Origin: Microbotryum violaceum
Lineage: Eukaryota
Reading direction: 5' to 3'
Assembly (NCBI GenBank): GCA_001244265.2
Contig: CDLV01000005.1
Location: forward strand, 2,108,001 to 2,172,000
DNA: 64,000 nt
In this document: positions 24,898 to 37,800 of the stretch, piece by piece
Numbering within the stretch: the stretch's first letter is position 1
Layout of the letters: each line of letters starts with the position of its first letter
Notes under the pieces: generated by a model
What the model was told of the DNA's origin: nothing
Seen by the model: only the letters and a program-made list of their open reading frames with translations
Databases searched by the model: none
Position numbers and translations under genes: made by a program

Positions 24898-27076
24898 TTA
24901 TGCCAAAGCCCCCATCGGGTCCCAGGGAGGAAGGACGGTGCGGTTGTCATTTTCAAAGACCTTAACGAGTTCCTTGGGCACCATTGATCGATCGGCAACG
25001 ACCTGGAAGACGTGCTCGGAGAACCTATGACGCGAACGTATGGTTCTCGGGATTAGCGGTGAAGTCGACGGATGTGGGAAGACAGGAATGCAGCTTACCA
25101 TTCATCGGTCATGAGCATATAGCCCTTCGTGCAAGCCTCCTTCGACCAACTGTTCTCAACCCTCCTGTGAATGGTCGAAGAAAAAAATCCTCGGTTTAAT
25201 ACATCGGTCCTTCCCGACAAGGAGACAAGTCTATCTCGATCACCACTCACCATCGGACGGGCTTGCCATTTGCGTCGAGATGAACGGCGGTCAAGACCAT
25301 GGCATGGGTCATGGCCGAGTCACCGGTGCTCAAACGTTGGGCCTTGGTCATGCCCAACGAAGTCGAGAAGGCCTCTTCAAGGTCGAACAGTTTCGTGTCC
25401 ATGAGGCCAAGGGGCGAGTTGGACGACTTGCTGACGTCGCAACCGAACCAGACCGGGGTGTCGTTTTTGAGCAGCTTGATCGCGACGTTCTTGAGGTCCT
25501 CTATCTCCGTGTTGACGTAGAGCTGCGAAAGGCAACCTTTCCATTTAGAATTTTAAACGGGGAAAGAGGGCATGATCGAGTCAAACTCACGACTGGTCGA
25601 CCTCCAACGACATTACCCAGCCGATCGACGGTGTACAGCCCGGGCGCGTTGCGAGGATCATGGATGAGCGAGATCGCCTTGGACACATCGACGAGCGCGT
25701 AGTCTTTGGCGAAACTCTTGGGCGTGCTTGTGACGCTGTGGTACTTCTTCTTGGTATCATAGTACTCCCACGTGAACTCTTCATCCGGCTTGGGTGGAAT
25801 ACCGAGCGTGATGGCGAGGATGCGATAGACCTCCTCCATCTGTTCCTCCTTGCGCTTGCGCGAGGACTGCGCGGCCAGGGCCTTCCTCTCACGGTGAGAC
25901 TTGGTGGTTATGCTACCGAGGCAGTCCATCGCATTGGCGTGGAGCTCACGCAGCTCGAGAGCGTATTCGCGCAGCTTGGAAGTCAAGAGATCATCGAGTT
26001 TGCCCGTCGAGGAAGAGTTGAAGGATTCAGGGTACACGGTTTGAGGCACGAGACCGAAGTGTTCAACCAAATTGACGGCCATGTCCCACTGTCCACCATC
26101 GTTCTCGGGTGCCTGCATCAGGTATTGGACGGTGCGGTCATCGAGGTCCTCCTCGGCCAGGTCGAGCATTTGCTCGAGGAACCAGTTGGCCTTGGAGAGC
26201 GAGTTGTAGAAGAAGAGGTACGATTGGGAAAGTTCAAACTCCTCGAGGTTGTACTTGCGCTGCATAGCGAGACGGACGACATTGCAGAGTGCGAAGCACC
26301 AGCACCTGCCACTGGACTTTTGGTCCGCGCTGAGTTTTAATCAGATCGAAGGGGAGTCAGTTGATGCCGATGGCATGATCCAGCATCATTATTGCTTAGC
26401 TTACACAGTCGAGTTCTCGGAAGAAAGTGTCACATTGAAGACTGTGTCGAAGGAGCGAGCCGCGATGGACAAGAAATGCGATAGTCAGCACCTGCAGAGC
26501 TCTTACCCGTCCAGGTCACGCGTCCCGACGAGGCCGACGAGAGGTCCCCCGGGGCCGATCCGAACCCCGAGAGGTCGCTGAAACACAGGAGAGCCTGTGA
26601 AGGTGGGACCTACCTTGTTGATCGCTGACGACAGCCTTGCGCTGTACCATAGCCGTTTGGAAGTCATTCTTGTGCATGAATGTCGCCGCCAATTTCTGCC
26701 GATGCATCAAGGCAAGCAAGCGTTTCAAGCATCAGTGGCAGCTCGACTGCACCACGCGGGTAGCCGAACCGAGCGCCCGACACCCGACGTCCGCCCCGGC
26801 CGGCACCGGTCTTTGTCGAGTCACGTGCGGTGGGGATGGGAGACGTACATGCTTGGGGTTGGACTCGAACGCCTTCTCCCACCACCTCAAACTATCGATG
26901 GACATCATCGCCGTTGCCGGCTTGGATTTGGAGCTACCACCAAGGGACAGTTGGGCAAGCAACTGTTGAGCGTCCGTCGTGGTCGTTCGGCGACGCGACG
27001 AGTCCGCACCGGACGAGAATTTCTCGCTCATGGTAGAGGGAGCGGTGGCGAGAGGGACGGAGGATGCGGATCCCAT
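24898..27076 (-). CDS. LAP3: Bleomycin hydrolase / cysteine aminopeptidase (peptidase C1B)
   Basis: QKSSGRCWCFALCN (catalytic Cys), FELSQSYLFFY, DGGQWDM, AMTHAMVLTAVH (catalytic His) and VENSW (catalytic Asn). C-terminus VLPPWDPMGALA. Confidence 0.93.
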
Positions 27077-27604
27077 GCTGTGTCAAGGGCGCGGTTGATG
27101 ATCAAGTGGATTGGGTTGGGGTCGCGCGCTGTGACGGAAGAGAAGAGAGAACGAGCGCCGGTGCTCGCTTGATTCGTCGAGCTAAGCGCCGGCGCGCTTC
27201 GTCTGATAAGGAGGACACGAGCTGCGCGAGCTAAATGTGGGGTGCTCGCCTCCCCGATCATCATTTCGAGTGTGGGGCCCGTTCGCCAGAAATGAGCGAA
27301 CAGCAAGCAGTTGTGATAACGTGTCAGCTGCTTCTCACAGTGAACAATACCCTCTGTAGAGGCTTTCCCCCATGGATAGCTACACATTTGAAGTTTGTAC
27401 CACTGATCCCAGTAATGGCGCCGCCCGGAGTATTCAGCATGTGCGTTGGGCCCCACCACGCGGTCATGTCCGGCACGCTTATAAATCGCGAGCGAGTCGT
27501 CAAGCAAAACACTCTGGTCACAGCGTACCCAGAACGGCCCCAAACCGATCGAATGACTTGAGATTCCATTCTGCGTTTCGATTCACTACAAAGGCGCCGT
27601 TCCG

Positions 27605-30053
27605 TCACCTACGCCCAAACAGGCTCCCGAAACCCCATCCGCTCTTTTTGGCCTTGACGGGTTTCTCTTCTTCTTCTTCCTCCATCTCCTCTTCCTCTTC
27701 CGCCTCTTCCGCCTCACCTTGATCCATCGCGTCGGCAGTGGGACTCGTCACTCCCTCCTCAACAGGTCCCAGCAATCCAGCCCGTCGCGCAATCTCGTCC
27801 ATATCGTACGCAGTGACGTAGCTGAACGCGATATCGTAGAACGGCACCTTCTTCTTCCTTGAAATCTTCCTCTTCTTCAATGCCTTCGAAGCAGTACCGC
27901 TCGAAGCCTCGAGTGACATCGCCCCTACGGGGAGGTCCTCGGGTTCATGGATCCTCCCTCCCGTCGCATTGAACCAATCATTGGCGAAGCGATCATAGTC
28001 CTGATTGAGCGATGCGTCAAGTGCCGCAAAGTGCGACTCGCGCAGGGGTAACGACTCGGCGAGGAAGTCGATCTCGTCGACGTGGTCCATGTCTTCGTCG
28101 TCCAGCGTCGACAGCGTCGAGCGCGCTTCTCGTGCGTAAAGTTTGGCTCTGGCGTTGAGCGCCAACGCCGATGCGAATTCATTGATCAATGCGTACGTCC
28201 GAGACAAGTACAAGCACCTGTGCATCAAAGATTCACGTCAGTTCCCTGACAAGCGATACGCCAAATGACTGGTCACCTATACGTACCTAGAAGCTCGCAC
28301 GAAAGCGATCTGAGCCTCAACCTTGGTCGCGAGCTGCCCATCTCGCTCGACATCCTCGAGGTCCCTGACCTGTTCGAGACTGTAAATGATGCCATTGTAG
28401 ATCTTGATCAGACTTGGGTAGACCTTCTTCCTTCGCTTGCAAATCTTCTGATTAGCCTTGTGTACGTTGCGCCCATTCGTGCGTTCGATGAAATCTTGCT
28501 CCTTTCGGTGCATTTTGGTCTCGCGCGCGGCGAGCTTCGAAGAGCTCTCTTTGATGAGCAGTACATCACGTAGAGTGCGAACAGAGAGGAGCTGGTAGAC
28601 GATGTAGGAGTGCGCGAGCTGAAGTGGCGACGAGGAAGCCTCGAATCGAGGTGAATGCGATTTGGAGAGTACGATCTGCACATTATAGACAAGGAGGCTC
28701 GTCAGAACTCTCCTCCCGAGACAAAGTTATTACTCTGCACCGACCTTGTTGTCTTCTACAGCCTGCCTGGCGATCCCTTCAGCATCACTCATGACTGATA
28801 AGGCCTTGTCGAATGTGCTTATCCTCCTCGCGCCGATCGCATCCTTCTTGGCTCTGTTCACCTCCGACGACGTTGCTTCCCCAGCTGCCTTCTTCTTCTG
28901 TTTCCTTTTGGATCGCTTCACCAAACCGTCCTGCAAGGTCTTGATCGCAGAATGAACCTTGAGCATCACCTCGACCAACTCGGGGCTCCTGCATTCGATC
29001 TGATTCCCCCTCCAGCTCAAGTCGAGCTTTTCCCTCTCCGACTGACCGGCCTCCTTCTTGACCTGCTCGATCAAATCAGCGTACCCAGGCACGAAACGGT
29101 GTTTGAGTTGATCCGTCGCGATGATTTGAGCGGTGGGTGCGACGCCTTTGCTCGTGTCGAGTTGGAGCGAGTAGGCGCAGAACCTCAACATGGGTTCAAC
29201 ATCGTCGATCATCTCGTTCGTCAAGGCCTCGTCGGTCGCCGCCGGGGCGTTGTTGGCCACGTCGTTCAAAAGGACCCAAGCGACGGAAAGCGTATCCAGC
29301 CCCTGCGAGTGACTCTGCTTGGTGAAGGCGAGTTGACCCTGGAGCACGAGGTGGTAAGCGATCGTCTGGGCTCGTTGGTTGGGCGAGATGCGTGAGGCGA
29401 GCGACTCGACGAGGGAGACGAGGTGCGCGGCGCGGAGGATCGAACGCGACAGTCGTTTGAGGAGGTGGTGCTTGGTCGTGGCCGGATTGGTCGATTGTGA
29501 CAAGGTGGACTGGATGTGTTGCGACTGCGCCCACGCTCGCTCGGTGTCAAAGAGCACGAGTTGGAGGTGTCTGGAAAGTGGGGCAAGGAACGGTGGTCAG
29601 CTTCGTGAGCTTGTCAGAGCGTCGCTGGGTGCACCGTCGTAAATTATGGTATTTACTTTGACCCGGTGATGGTCATAGACGTCACATCTTTCTTGGTGTA
29701 CTTCTTCTGCTTGCCCGCGACCTGGGTCAAACCGAGTTTCCTGCGCAGGTGATGGACCTTGGTCGAGCAGTGCGATCTGCAGAGATCGATGATGTCTCAG
29801 CTGAGCTCGTACTTTCGTTTCCTCTTGTTTGGGAACGCAACTGGTATCGATCAAAGTCCTGGTGACGAAGGCCATAGGTCGAGCGCGCCTCGTTGATGAT
29901 CTTGAGCACTGAGAGCTCGACCCGGGCCGAGAACGATCACGCAAGAGTCAGGGGGGTGGCAACACAGCATATTTAAAGTCAGCTAGCGTAGAAGGCATGC
30001 TCAAAGGTCGTCTCCTACCCACCTGGAAAGTCGATCGGGGCAGAATCAGCCAT
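27605..30053 (-). CDS. SRP68: Signal recognition particle subunit SRP68
   Basis: IINEARSTYGLRHQDFDRY, LFDTERAWAQSQ, MIDDVEPMLRFCAYSL and KKVPFYDIAFSYV. C-terminal KKSGWGFGSLFGRR. The first exon is ATGGCTGAT...CCAG|GTGGGT. Confidence 0.9.
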
Positions 30054-30344
30054 GATCGATGCTCCTCAATCCCGGCGTGAGCGGCGAGAACGAGAGCGTC
30101 GCCCAGCAAAGGCGCGGGTACTCGCATGCCATTTCGGTCAAAATCTCGACAAACTCTTGACCACTACGATCTTGAACAAACAAGTACTCAACATGTTACA
30201 TCACTTTACAACATTTGAAAGCACAAACAATATCGTCGCTCTCTGGCCAGGCATAAAGCTTTTTCCGCAATTTCAAAGCGAACCCCAATCCATAGAAGCG
30301 AATTGGTCCAGTTCATCCGAATCTGTAAAGCACGATCTAACAAG

Positions 30345-33300
30345 TCAGACATCTCCCAAAAGACGATCAAAGACCTGGATCCCGAGTCCTAACTTACAAA
30401 TGGCACCCATCCCGAAAAAGCTCGGGTTCACCTCGGTCAAGATCGACCGAAGCGCCTCGCCCGGTTCTTGCGTCGCATCGCCCGGAGCGGTCGGGATCAA
30501 CAACGCCCCACCCGAGACGGGCAAGTTCGGCGCTGTTAGATCGAAAAGCCAAGCATCGAGACGGGGCGCATCGTCCTGCACGTTCGCCATTGTCGTTAGA
30601 AGCAGGCCGTCGGGGTTAGTTTCGATATCCGCTGTTGCGACAGGAGGCACGGTCCGAGCTGAGGCGCCCGCCCGAGAAGCTGCCGCTGCCACGTTCATCG
30701 AGGCTGTCGAAGCCGGCGAGGTCGTCGACGCGGGAGATTTTGTCGTCGTTCCTGCCAACGAGTTCTCGCCCAGACCAGTTTTGAGGATCATATGAAGCAA
30801 GATGGCATGCTTTCGAGCAGGATGTTGTGGGTTCGGTGAGATCGCTCGGAGGAAGTTGGCGCCGAGCTCGAGCAGGATGGGCAACTTATCCCCACTGATC
30901 AGCGGTTTCGGTGTGTCGAGATCCGCGCCGGCTTCATAGTCGGACCGGCGGCACACAAGGTTGCTTGAGATGAGGCCCGCGCTCGCCATTCTGACCAGCA
31001 AAATCAGCGAGTAGACGAATGACTGCACGTGGGTGGGTGGTGAACGAGCGCGAACCTTCGTCAGCTCATCACGAACGCTATGAAAATATTCCGATCCTAA
31101 CTCACAATGCACGTCGACGTATCAAGTGCGGTCCTATAATCTTCCACCGTCACCAGGTCGAGTGTGAGAGGTTTTCGCACGCCATTGACCGAGTCGGCCC
31201 ATCTGCACGTTCGGAGAGGGTCCCCACTCGCTCTCGACTCGACCGACAAAGCAAAGATGGTCTTCATCGCAGAATCGGTTGCTCGTTGGAGGTCTTCAGG
31301 GGTATAATAGATTATTCAGCTACTAGCCTCGTACTCATACACGGTGTACGATGTCCACTTACGAGCCCAATCACTCGTCGTGAGCACAGGACGTCCGTTC
31401 CCACCACTATCGAGAGATCTTTGCCTCTCGATCGTCCACCGTGTGAACGTCGCCGAGTTGGCGATGAACGTCACGAAGTTGGCCGCTCCTTGGAACAGCG
31501 TATACGCCAACATATCACCCCCATTCTGTAGAGGCGTCAAGATGGGCCGCCAGTAGCTTTCCCAGCTGTCGAGTTCGTCGTTGATGCGGCCGAGCTGAGT
31601 AAGACGCAGCTTGAAGGGGTGCTGGCCCCGCGGGGTACGCACGATGGCGTAGAGCTCGAGTTGAGCAGCCATCCTTGCATCCATCGGGCTCGAGAGCAAT
31701 GAAGCAAATGCTCGCGTCGTCTCGAGGGCTGCGGTCGGATCGGTGGCGGCAACCCTTCCGGACTGCAACGAGCCATGAACGTCCGCAATACACAGCGCAT
31801 AATGTGTTCGCAGTCTGCACAGCACTTCGTTGTCGATAGGAGGTGCTCCGGGTACTGTCGAGGCATCGAGGGCTGCGAGGAAGGCTTGAGGAGCCCTGGG
31901 CAGACCGATCGCTTCGGCTGTGCGGTGAATGATGCCGTGGATCATGATCGACGACCAGTGATTGACCTTGGAGGAATGTGTGGCTCGACCGACATCCGTG
32001 ATCCCTTGAGCAGCATATGCAATGTGCTGGACCTGGAGAGCGGGTTCAAAAATCCATGTCAGCGCGTTGGTCTGTGGGCGACACTTGTCAGGCCAGCGCT
32101 GGCAGCAACGTAACTGGTTTGTAATAGATAATAAGCAGTAGACCTCGAATAAAGTCGGTGCCGATCAAGTTGGGGTCCGCAGCCAGAATCTGATGAGCTA
32201 AGATCAAGTTCACAAGTTCGGTCAAGCCGCGATACACTTCTCGCGCTCGCTCCGAGGTTGCTTGATTGTAGTAGTTGGTGACGCAGAGCACGACGTGGAA
32301 GAAGAATGGGGATCGGCTCTGAACGCCGAGTGCAGACCGATCGGCGTCATCTCCGAAAATCGGGATCCACGGTGCGATTCTATCGTGGAAGAAGGCAAAT
32401 GCTGCGTCCGCATCCTCGACCGAAATCAAACCTCTCGCAATCGCATCGGGTTTGCTCGTGCTGGGAGTGTCTTGGACCATCTTCTCTTCGCCCGTCACCC
32501 ATTCGTTGACCGATGCCTCGGTACTGGAGAGCGCTTCGATTTTGTCGACCGTTTGCAGCAGGATGTGGAGCGGCATCGACTCTGGGGGCGGTTCGACGTC
32601 CAGCAGTCGGGAGAGTGAGCTTGAGACGGTGCTCGTAGCACGTTGTGCGCTCCCGGATGCGGTTGACGAGCTCGGAGCGGCGCTGTTTCGAGCACGACGG
32701 TCGACCTCGAGGCCACTTTCGATTTGACGCAGTCGATCCTGGATATCGCGAAGACTGTTTCCGGGGTCCAGAGCGGGCAAGACGCAAGATTGTGTAAGCG
32801 AGTGCAAAAACAGTCATAAGCCTAACCGAGCAACTCACGTGGACGCGAGTACGCTCGAGTGTATGCCATTCGTCTCATTGAGACTGGCGGAAGCCACCGG
32901 GGTCGGAGGCAAGTCGAGCAAAGGGACTGCAGGACGACCTGCGTACGGGCTCAAGCTAGGCAGGGTGATGGATGCCGCGCGCTTGTGATTGGGTGTGACA
33001 TTCGATGAGTTCGCCGCCGTCAATGGGGCATCGCACTCTAGGTTGTACAGTTCACATCGCCGACAGGGGTGCCGAATCGCGCCGTCACATTTCTGATCGG
33101 AAGTGCCAGAGGTTACAAGTCGAACAATTTGAGGCAAGATATGAAGTTAGCACTTCTTGGATCAGGAACAGGCTTTGGAATTCGAGTGAGTTGTTCTGGT
33201 CGAGCCAAGCTCGTCGTCTAAGGCAAAAACCTGAGCGTATGCTTCGACGATCACCCGGCGGCGAGGGGAGTTGGGCCGTCGAGTGCTTATGTACGTTGCG

Positions 33301-33536
33301 ACTGAGGAAGCCTCGAGTCCCAGACGTGTCGTACTGTTCGAATGGTGACTCACTTGTTTGTTAGCACGACAGGCCGAACAAGCAGCTCGGCTGCGTCCCG
33401 GTTTGGCTTTGATCGGTCCCGTGGCCGGCTCTCGCTGCGCGGGCACACTCGAGTCGGCGTCGTCGCTGCAATGGCCATGATCCGCTGCACCGGCGTAATC
33501 TTTCGATGACTTGCCCTTGGGTACCGATGGACTCAT
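30345..33536 (-). CDS. Zn(II)2Cys6 fungal transcription factor with fungal TF middle domain
   Basis: The spliced binuclear cluster reads RSRAACSACRANK|QKCDGAIRHPCRRCELYNLEC. The middle region includes DAIARGLISVEDADAAFAFFH...RSPFFFHVVLCV...IRGLLLIIYYKP. Confidence 0.88.
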
Positions 33537-34836
33537 GGTCCTGTTGGATGAGAGTGGGCGCTCCCACGATGCGGCCTGGCACGTTCGTTTGCGAGTGCAC
33601 AAGAGGCCAAAGTGGGGGCGCTCCGCTTTCGTCCTCATCGATCTCATCTGCCAGAATGGGCCATGGCCAGCCTATAGCCTATGGCGGTGGGGGCTCTCGG
33701 CGGCTTTACCCGCCCCCGCGCTTCTTGCCTTGAATTTCCGTCGAAATGTTGTGGTTGTATCAGACCACTAGCCCATCCGAACCTCTCGTCCACGCGTGCT
33801 GACAGGCTTTTGTCATATTTACATCTCGATTTCCGGCCGACTTTGAGGCTGAGCGCCCCGAGTCCAGTTAAGTAAGAGGAATGTACGTCGAAAACCATTC
33901 TTCTGTTCAAGCGGCGAGCGATTACAAGAAACGGTTACAGAGGTCTAGGGACGGTAAACCACCAGCGAGTCACGTATTTATTTGTCTACGTGCCACTCAC
34001 TCATCCATCATACGATGAAGGGTCGCGGAATACACGCTTATTACGAGGGAGCTCAAGCCTGCATGGATGAAGACTCAGGATGGAGTTTGCATCCTGAGCT
34101 TTCTATAGTCGGAGAGTTTGCCGTAAGACGCTGCATGCGCTGCTGAGTGTCGTAAGTTGCTGCCTCAATCTCGGCGAGTACCGATTTCAACAGACTAAGA
34201 CGGTGCAAACCCATCAGATTGATGAGCAAAAACATTGGAAAGCTGAACGCGGTCATTGCGGTGAGCGCCACTGGTACGTGGTTTGCTGCGACGGGTAAAG
34301 TCAGACTTAGCACAGTTCACTGGAGCGGGTTGCGAGACCCACCGACGATGGGTACAAACAGGGGAAACACGCGCGCGGGTTGCTTAAGTCGCCAAATGCA
34401 GTGGTGCGTGACATAGGTGGGAGTAGAGGACAAGACACGCTCATGTTCTTTCAGTATATCAGATTTGAGAGGAAAGTGTGCGTTGGTTCAGAAAGAAGGT
34501 GACGGCCACGGCCAGTTCGAAACGTGAGATCGAACCCCCGCTCGAGCCCCCAGTGGATCACTCTGCGTTGATCCTCGGAGCCTCGGCACGGACCTTACTA
34601 TACCGGCATCGGGAACAGTTTCTTCTGATTACCCGCGGCAAGCGGCGAACTTCCACGGCATCCATAGGACCGCACAGACCTACGATGGGGCAGGACATCT
34701 CTCGACGCCGTCTCAACGTAGACTTCGTTAACTACCTTTCGACCGTATTGAACACACAACGCACCTCTACAAACACACAAGAGAAGTGGGACACACACAT
34801 GCAACATTATTCCTTCTCCGCTCATCCATCCCATGA

Positions 34837-37800
34837 TCAAATCAGCGATCTGCGAGACTTTTTGGCGACAGGAGGAGCAGGCGTCGAGGCTCGCGACGTA
34901 TTTGCCGAAGTCACCGTCGCCTCGTCCTCGACCCCAGCGACGATCGAGCCACGCTTCTTACCCCCACGAGGGGCTCGTCCGCCACCTCGACCCTGGCCTT
35001 TGCGCGGGATCGACTCGTCGTGGTCCAAGCCGACCTCCTTCTCGACGAGCGCGACAAGTGTCGTGCATCGTCGACCGATCTCTTGCGGCGTACGCGACTT
35101 GATGAACCAGTCGAAGAGGAACAGAGGGTTTTGGTTGATGTCGTACTTGATCTTTTCCGGTGTGTCCTCCTTGCCTACGCCGTACTTGGCCAACTCGCAC
35201 AACAAGTAGCGGTCCTCCTCGTCAGAGTACGACTTGCCCTTGGTCTGGTTCTGGTACATGATCTTCATGTTCTGCAGCGGGAACGGCGTCGACGCGACCT
35301 TCTCTTTGATGATACCCCACAGACGATCCTCGTGGTTGCGGCGCATCTCGGCGTCGTCGATACGCTTCATCAGACGCTCGTGATCGTCAATTTCGGTGTA
35401 GCGATCCCAGAACACTTGGGCATACTCGCGGATCTCGTCCGCTGTCTTGGTCGGCACCTCCGTCTGGATGAGATCGTAGGCCTCACTATCGTCGCGGAAA
35501 AACACAAAAACATCTGTCAGCTTTCGTTGCGAGCCAGCTTCATGAAGAACTCACCGGCCATAGTTTTCGCAGCCTCGGATGAATTGTTGGAATTCTCGCT
35601 TGCTCCAGTGGGAGAAGCCGAGCTCAGCCAATTCTTCCTTCTCGTTCTTCTCCTCCTCCGTCAGCGGTTCAGCCGTGTCGACCGCTTCTTGTTCGGCCGC
35701 GCGTTCGGCCTCAAGCTCCTCCTGGCTAGCGTCGGGGTCGTCGCGCAAGGGGACGACGTGCGATTGCGTCCTCTTAAAGTACAGGGCCTCGCGTTCTTGC
35801 AGTTCGATGAGGCGCGGAGGGAAGAACTTGTAGTCGTCGGCAGAAATTTGTCGAGGACCACGGGGACCACGGGGACCCGTGCGATGGTTCTGCTTCATCG
35901 CATCGCGGTAGTAGCTGTCGACCGAGTAGTTGGACTTGCGCTCGCGCTTCGAAGGCTCGATCCAAGTGAGACCGATCTTCTTCTGTCGTCCATACTCCTC
36001 ACCCTCCCAATTGGTCGTCGTCTCGGACTTGAACACTTGCAGGTCGTCAAAGTTGAGCGACTCGTACTTGGAGTTTAGCTCGGCGGTCCTCTCCTCACCG
36101 CGACGAATGATGTCATCAATGTCGTCGTCAATCAGCATCGACTCGCTCGAGTTGATAATTTTGTCGGCTCCGTGTTGGATCATCTCGACAAGCTCATCTT
36201 TGTTCGCCAGCTTGCTACTGTTGTGCGTGCGGCCCTGCTGGATGACCAACTGATCGAGTCGAAGCTTTTGCGCCGCACGTTCCAAGACCTTCTCCTCGAC
36301 CGCGTTTTCGGTCACGAATCGGAACACGTAGACTTGCTTCGTCTGACCGATTCGATGGGCTCGATCCATGGCCTGCAAATCGGCTTGAGGGTTCCAATCC
36401 GAGTCGTACAGCACGACAATGTCGGCCGAGACGAGGTTGATACCGAGACCACCGGCACGCGTCGTCAACAAGAAAATGAACTTCTCCGATCCGGGCTTGT
36501 TGTAGGCGTCGATCGCGTTCATGCGGTCCTCGTGCGCGGTGCCACCGTCGAGTCGGCAGTACTTGTACTCGCGGAACATGCAGTAGTCTTCGAGGATATC
36601 GAGTACACGACTCATCTGCGAGAAGATGAGCACTCGCGAGCCCTTGGCCTTCATGCTCTTAAGCAGTCGATCGAGGATGACCATTTTGCCCGAAGCCTCG
36701 ACGAGGTGCTCGTCGGTCGTGTAAGGGGGACCGGGCTCAGCGCCGTCAAAGAGGTAGGGGTGGTTGCAACATTTGCGCAGCTGCATGACGATGTTTTGCA
36801 AGCGCGTCTTGCCTTCCTTCTTGCCGCCAGCTCCGTTGACGGCGTCAATGTCTTTCTCGAGGATCATCTTGTACCACTTGCGCTGCAGCTGCGTCATGCC
36901 GACGTAGACGTTGATCTCCTTCTTGGGCAACAGCGCCTTTTCGACATCGGCCTTGACACGTCGGAGCAAGAAGGGTCGCAAGACGGCATGCAGTTGCTTC
37001 ACGATCGCGTTCGAGCCTTCTCCCTCGCCGCCTTCGCCCTTGGCTCCAGCGGCGCCCTCGTCTTGCTTCTTGAACCAAGCGTCGAAGTCCTCGACGCTCG
37101 AGAAGACGTCGGGCAAGAGGAAGTTGAGCAAGGCCCAAAGCTCGTGCAGGTTGTTCTGCAAGGGCGTACCCGTGATCAAGAGCCTGGCACGCGAGTCGAA
37201 GATGCGCACGCATTGCGACAGCATCGAGTCGACGTTCTTGATGCGGTGCGCCTCGTCGATCATGATATATTCCCAGGCCAGCTTCTTGAGCGACGACTGC
37301 TCGCGGAGGCACAGTTCGTACGATGTGATGAGCACCTCAAAGTTTTGCGGCAGGATCTCTTTCGTCAACGTTTCGTGGCGCTCCTCGGGTCCACCACGCA
37401 GCATGGAGACCTTGAAACCGGGGACCCAGTGTGCAAACTCGCGAGCCCAGTTGTCCAGAGTCGATTTGGGAACGATGACGAGATGGGGTCCTGCAATGCC
37501 GCGGTGGAATTTAAGGAAGCCGAGGAAAGAGATTGTTTGTAAAGTTTTTCCGAGACCCTGTGATCGTGGAGCAGATCAGCATGCAGCCGGGAAAAGGATG
37601 GAAGGCATGCGGGTGGGCAACGCACCATTTCGTCAGCAAGGATACCGTTGATACCGTTGTGGTGCAATCCGCACATCCAGTTGAGACCTTGGACCTGGTA
37701 GTCACGCATCTTTCCCCCCTTGACAAAGGCCGGTGACTCGGTGAAGACGAACGGGCCGCTCGACACGCCCTCGCCGTCCTCGGCCTTGGTCTCGGCGAGC

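Noticed and set aside
27080-27600. Overlapping open frames between the SRP68 stop and the bleomycin hydrolase start
   Set aside because: A short intergenic space that must hold a terminator and a promoter; the frames mostly lack ATG starts and show no identifiable homology.
33900-34800. Small ORFs (for example 34053-34313) between the Zn2Cys6 gene and ISWI
   Set aside because: Non-ATG starts and no motifs; consistent with promoter or UTR sequence.
35020-37651. Long + strand ORFs (352, 456 and 246 aa) opposite ISWI
   Set aside because: Antisense shadows of a highly biased coding sequence.
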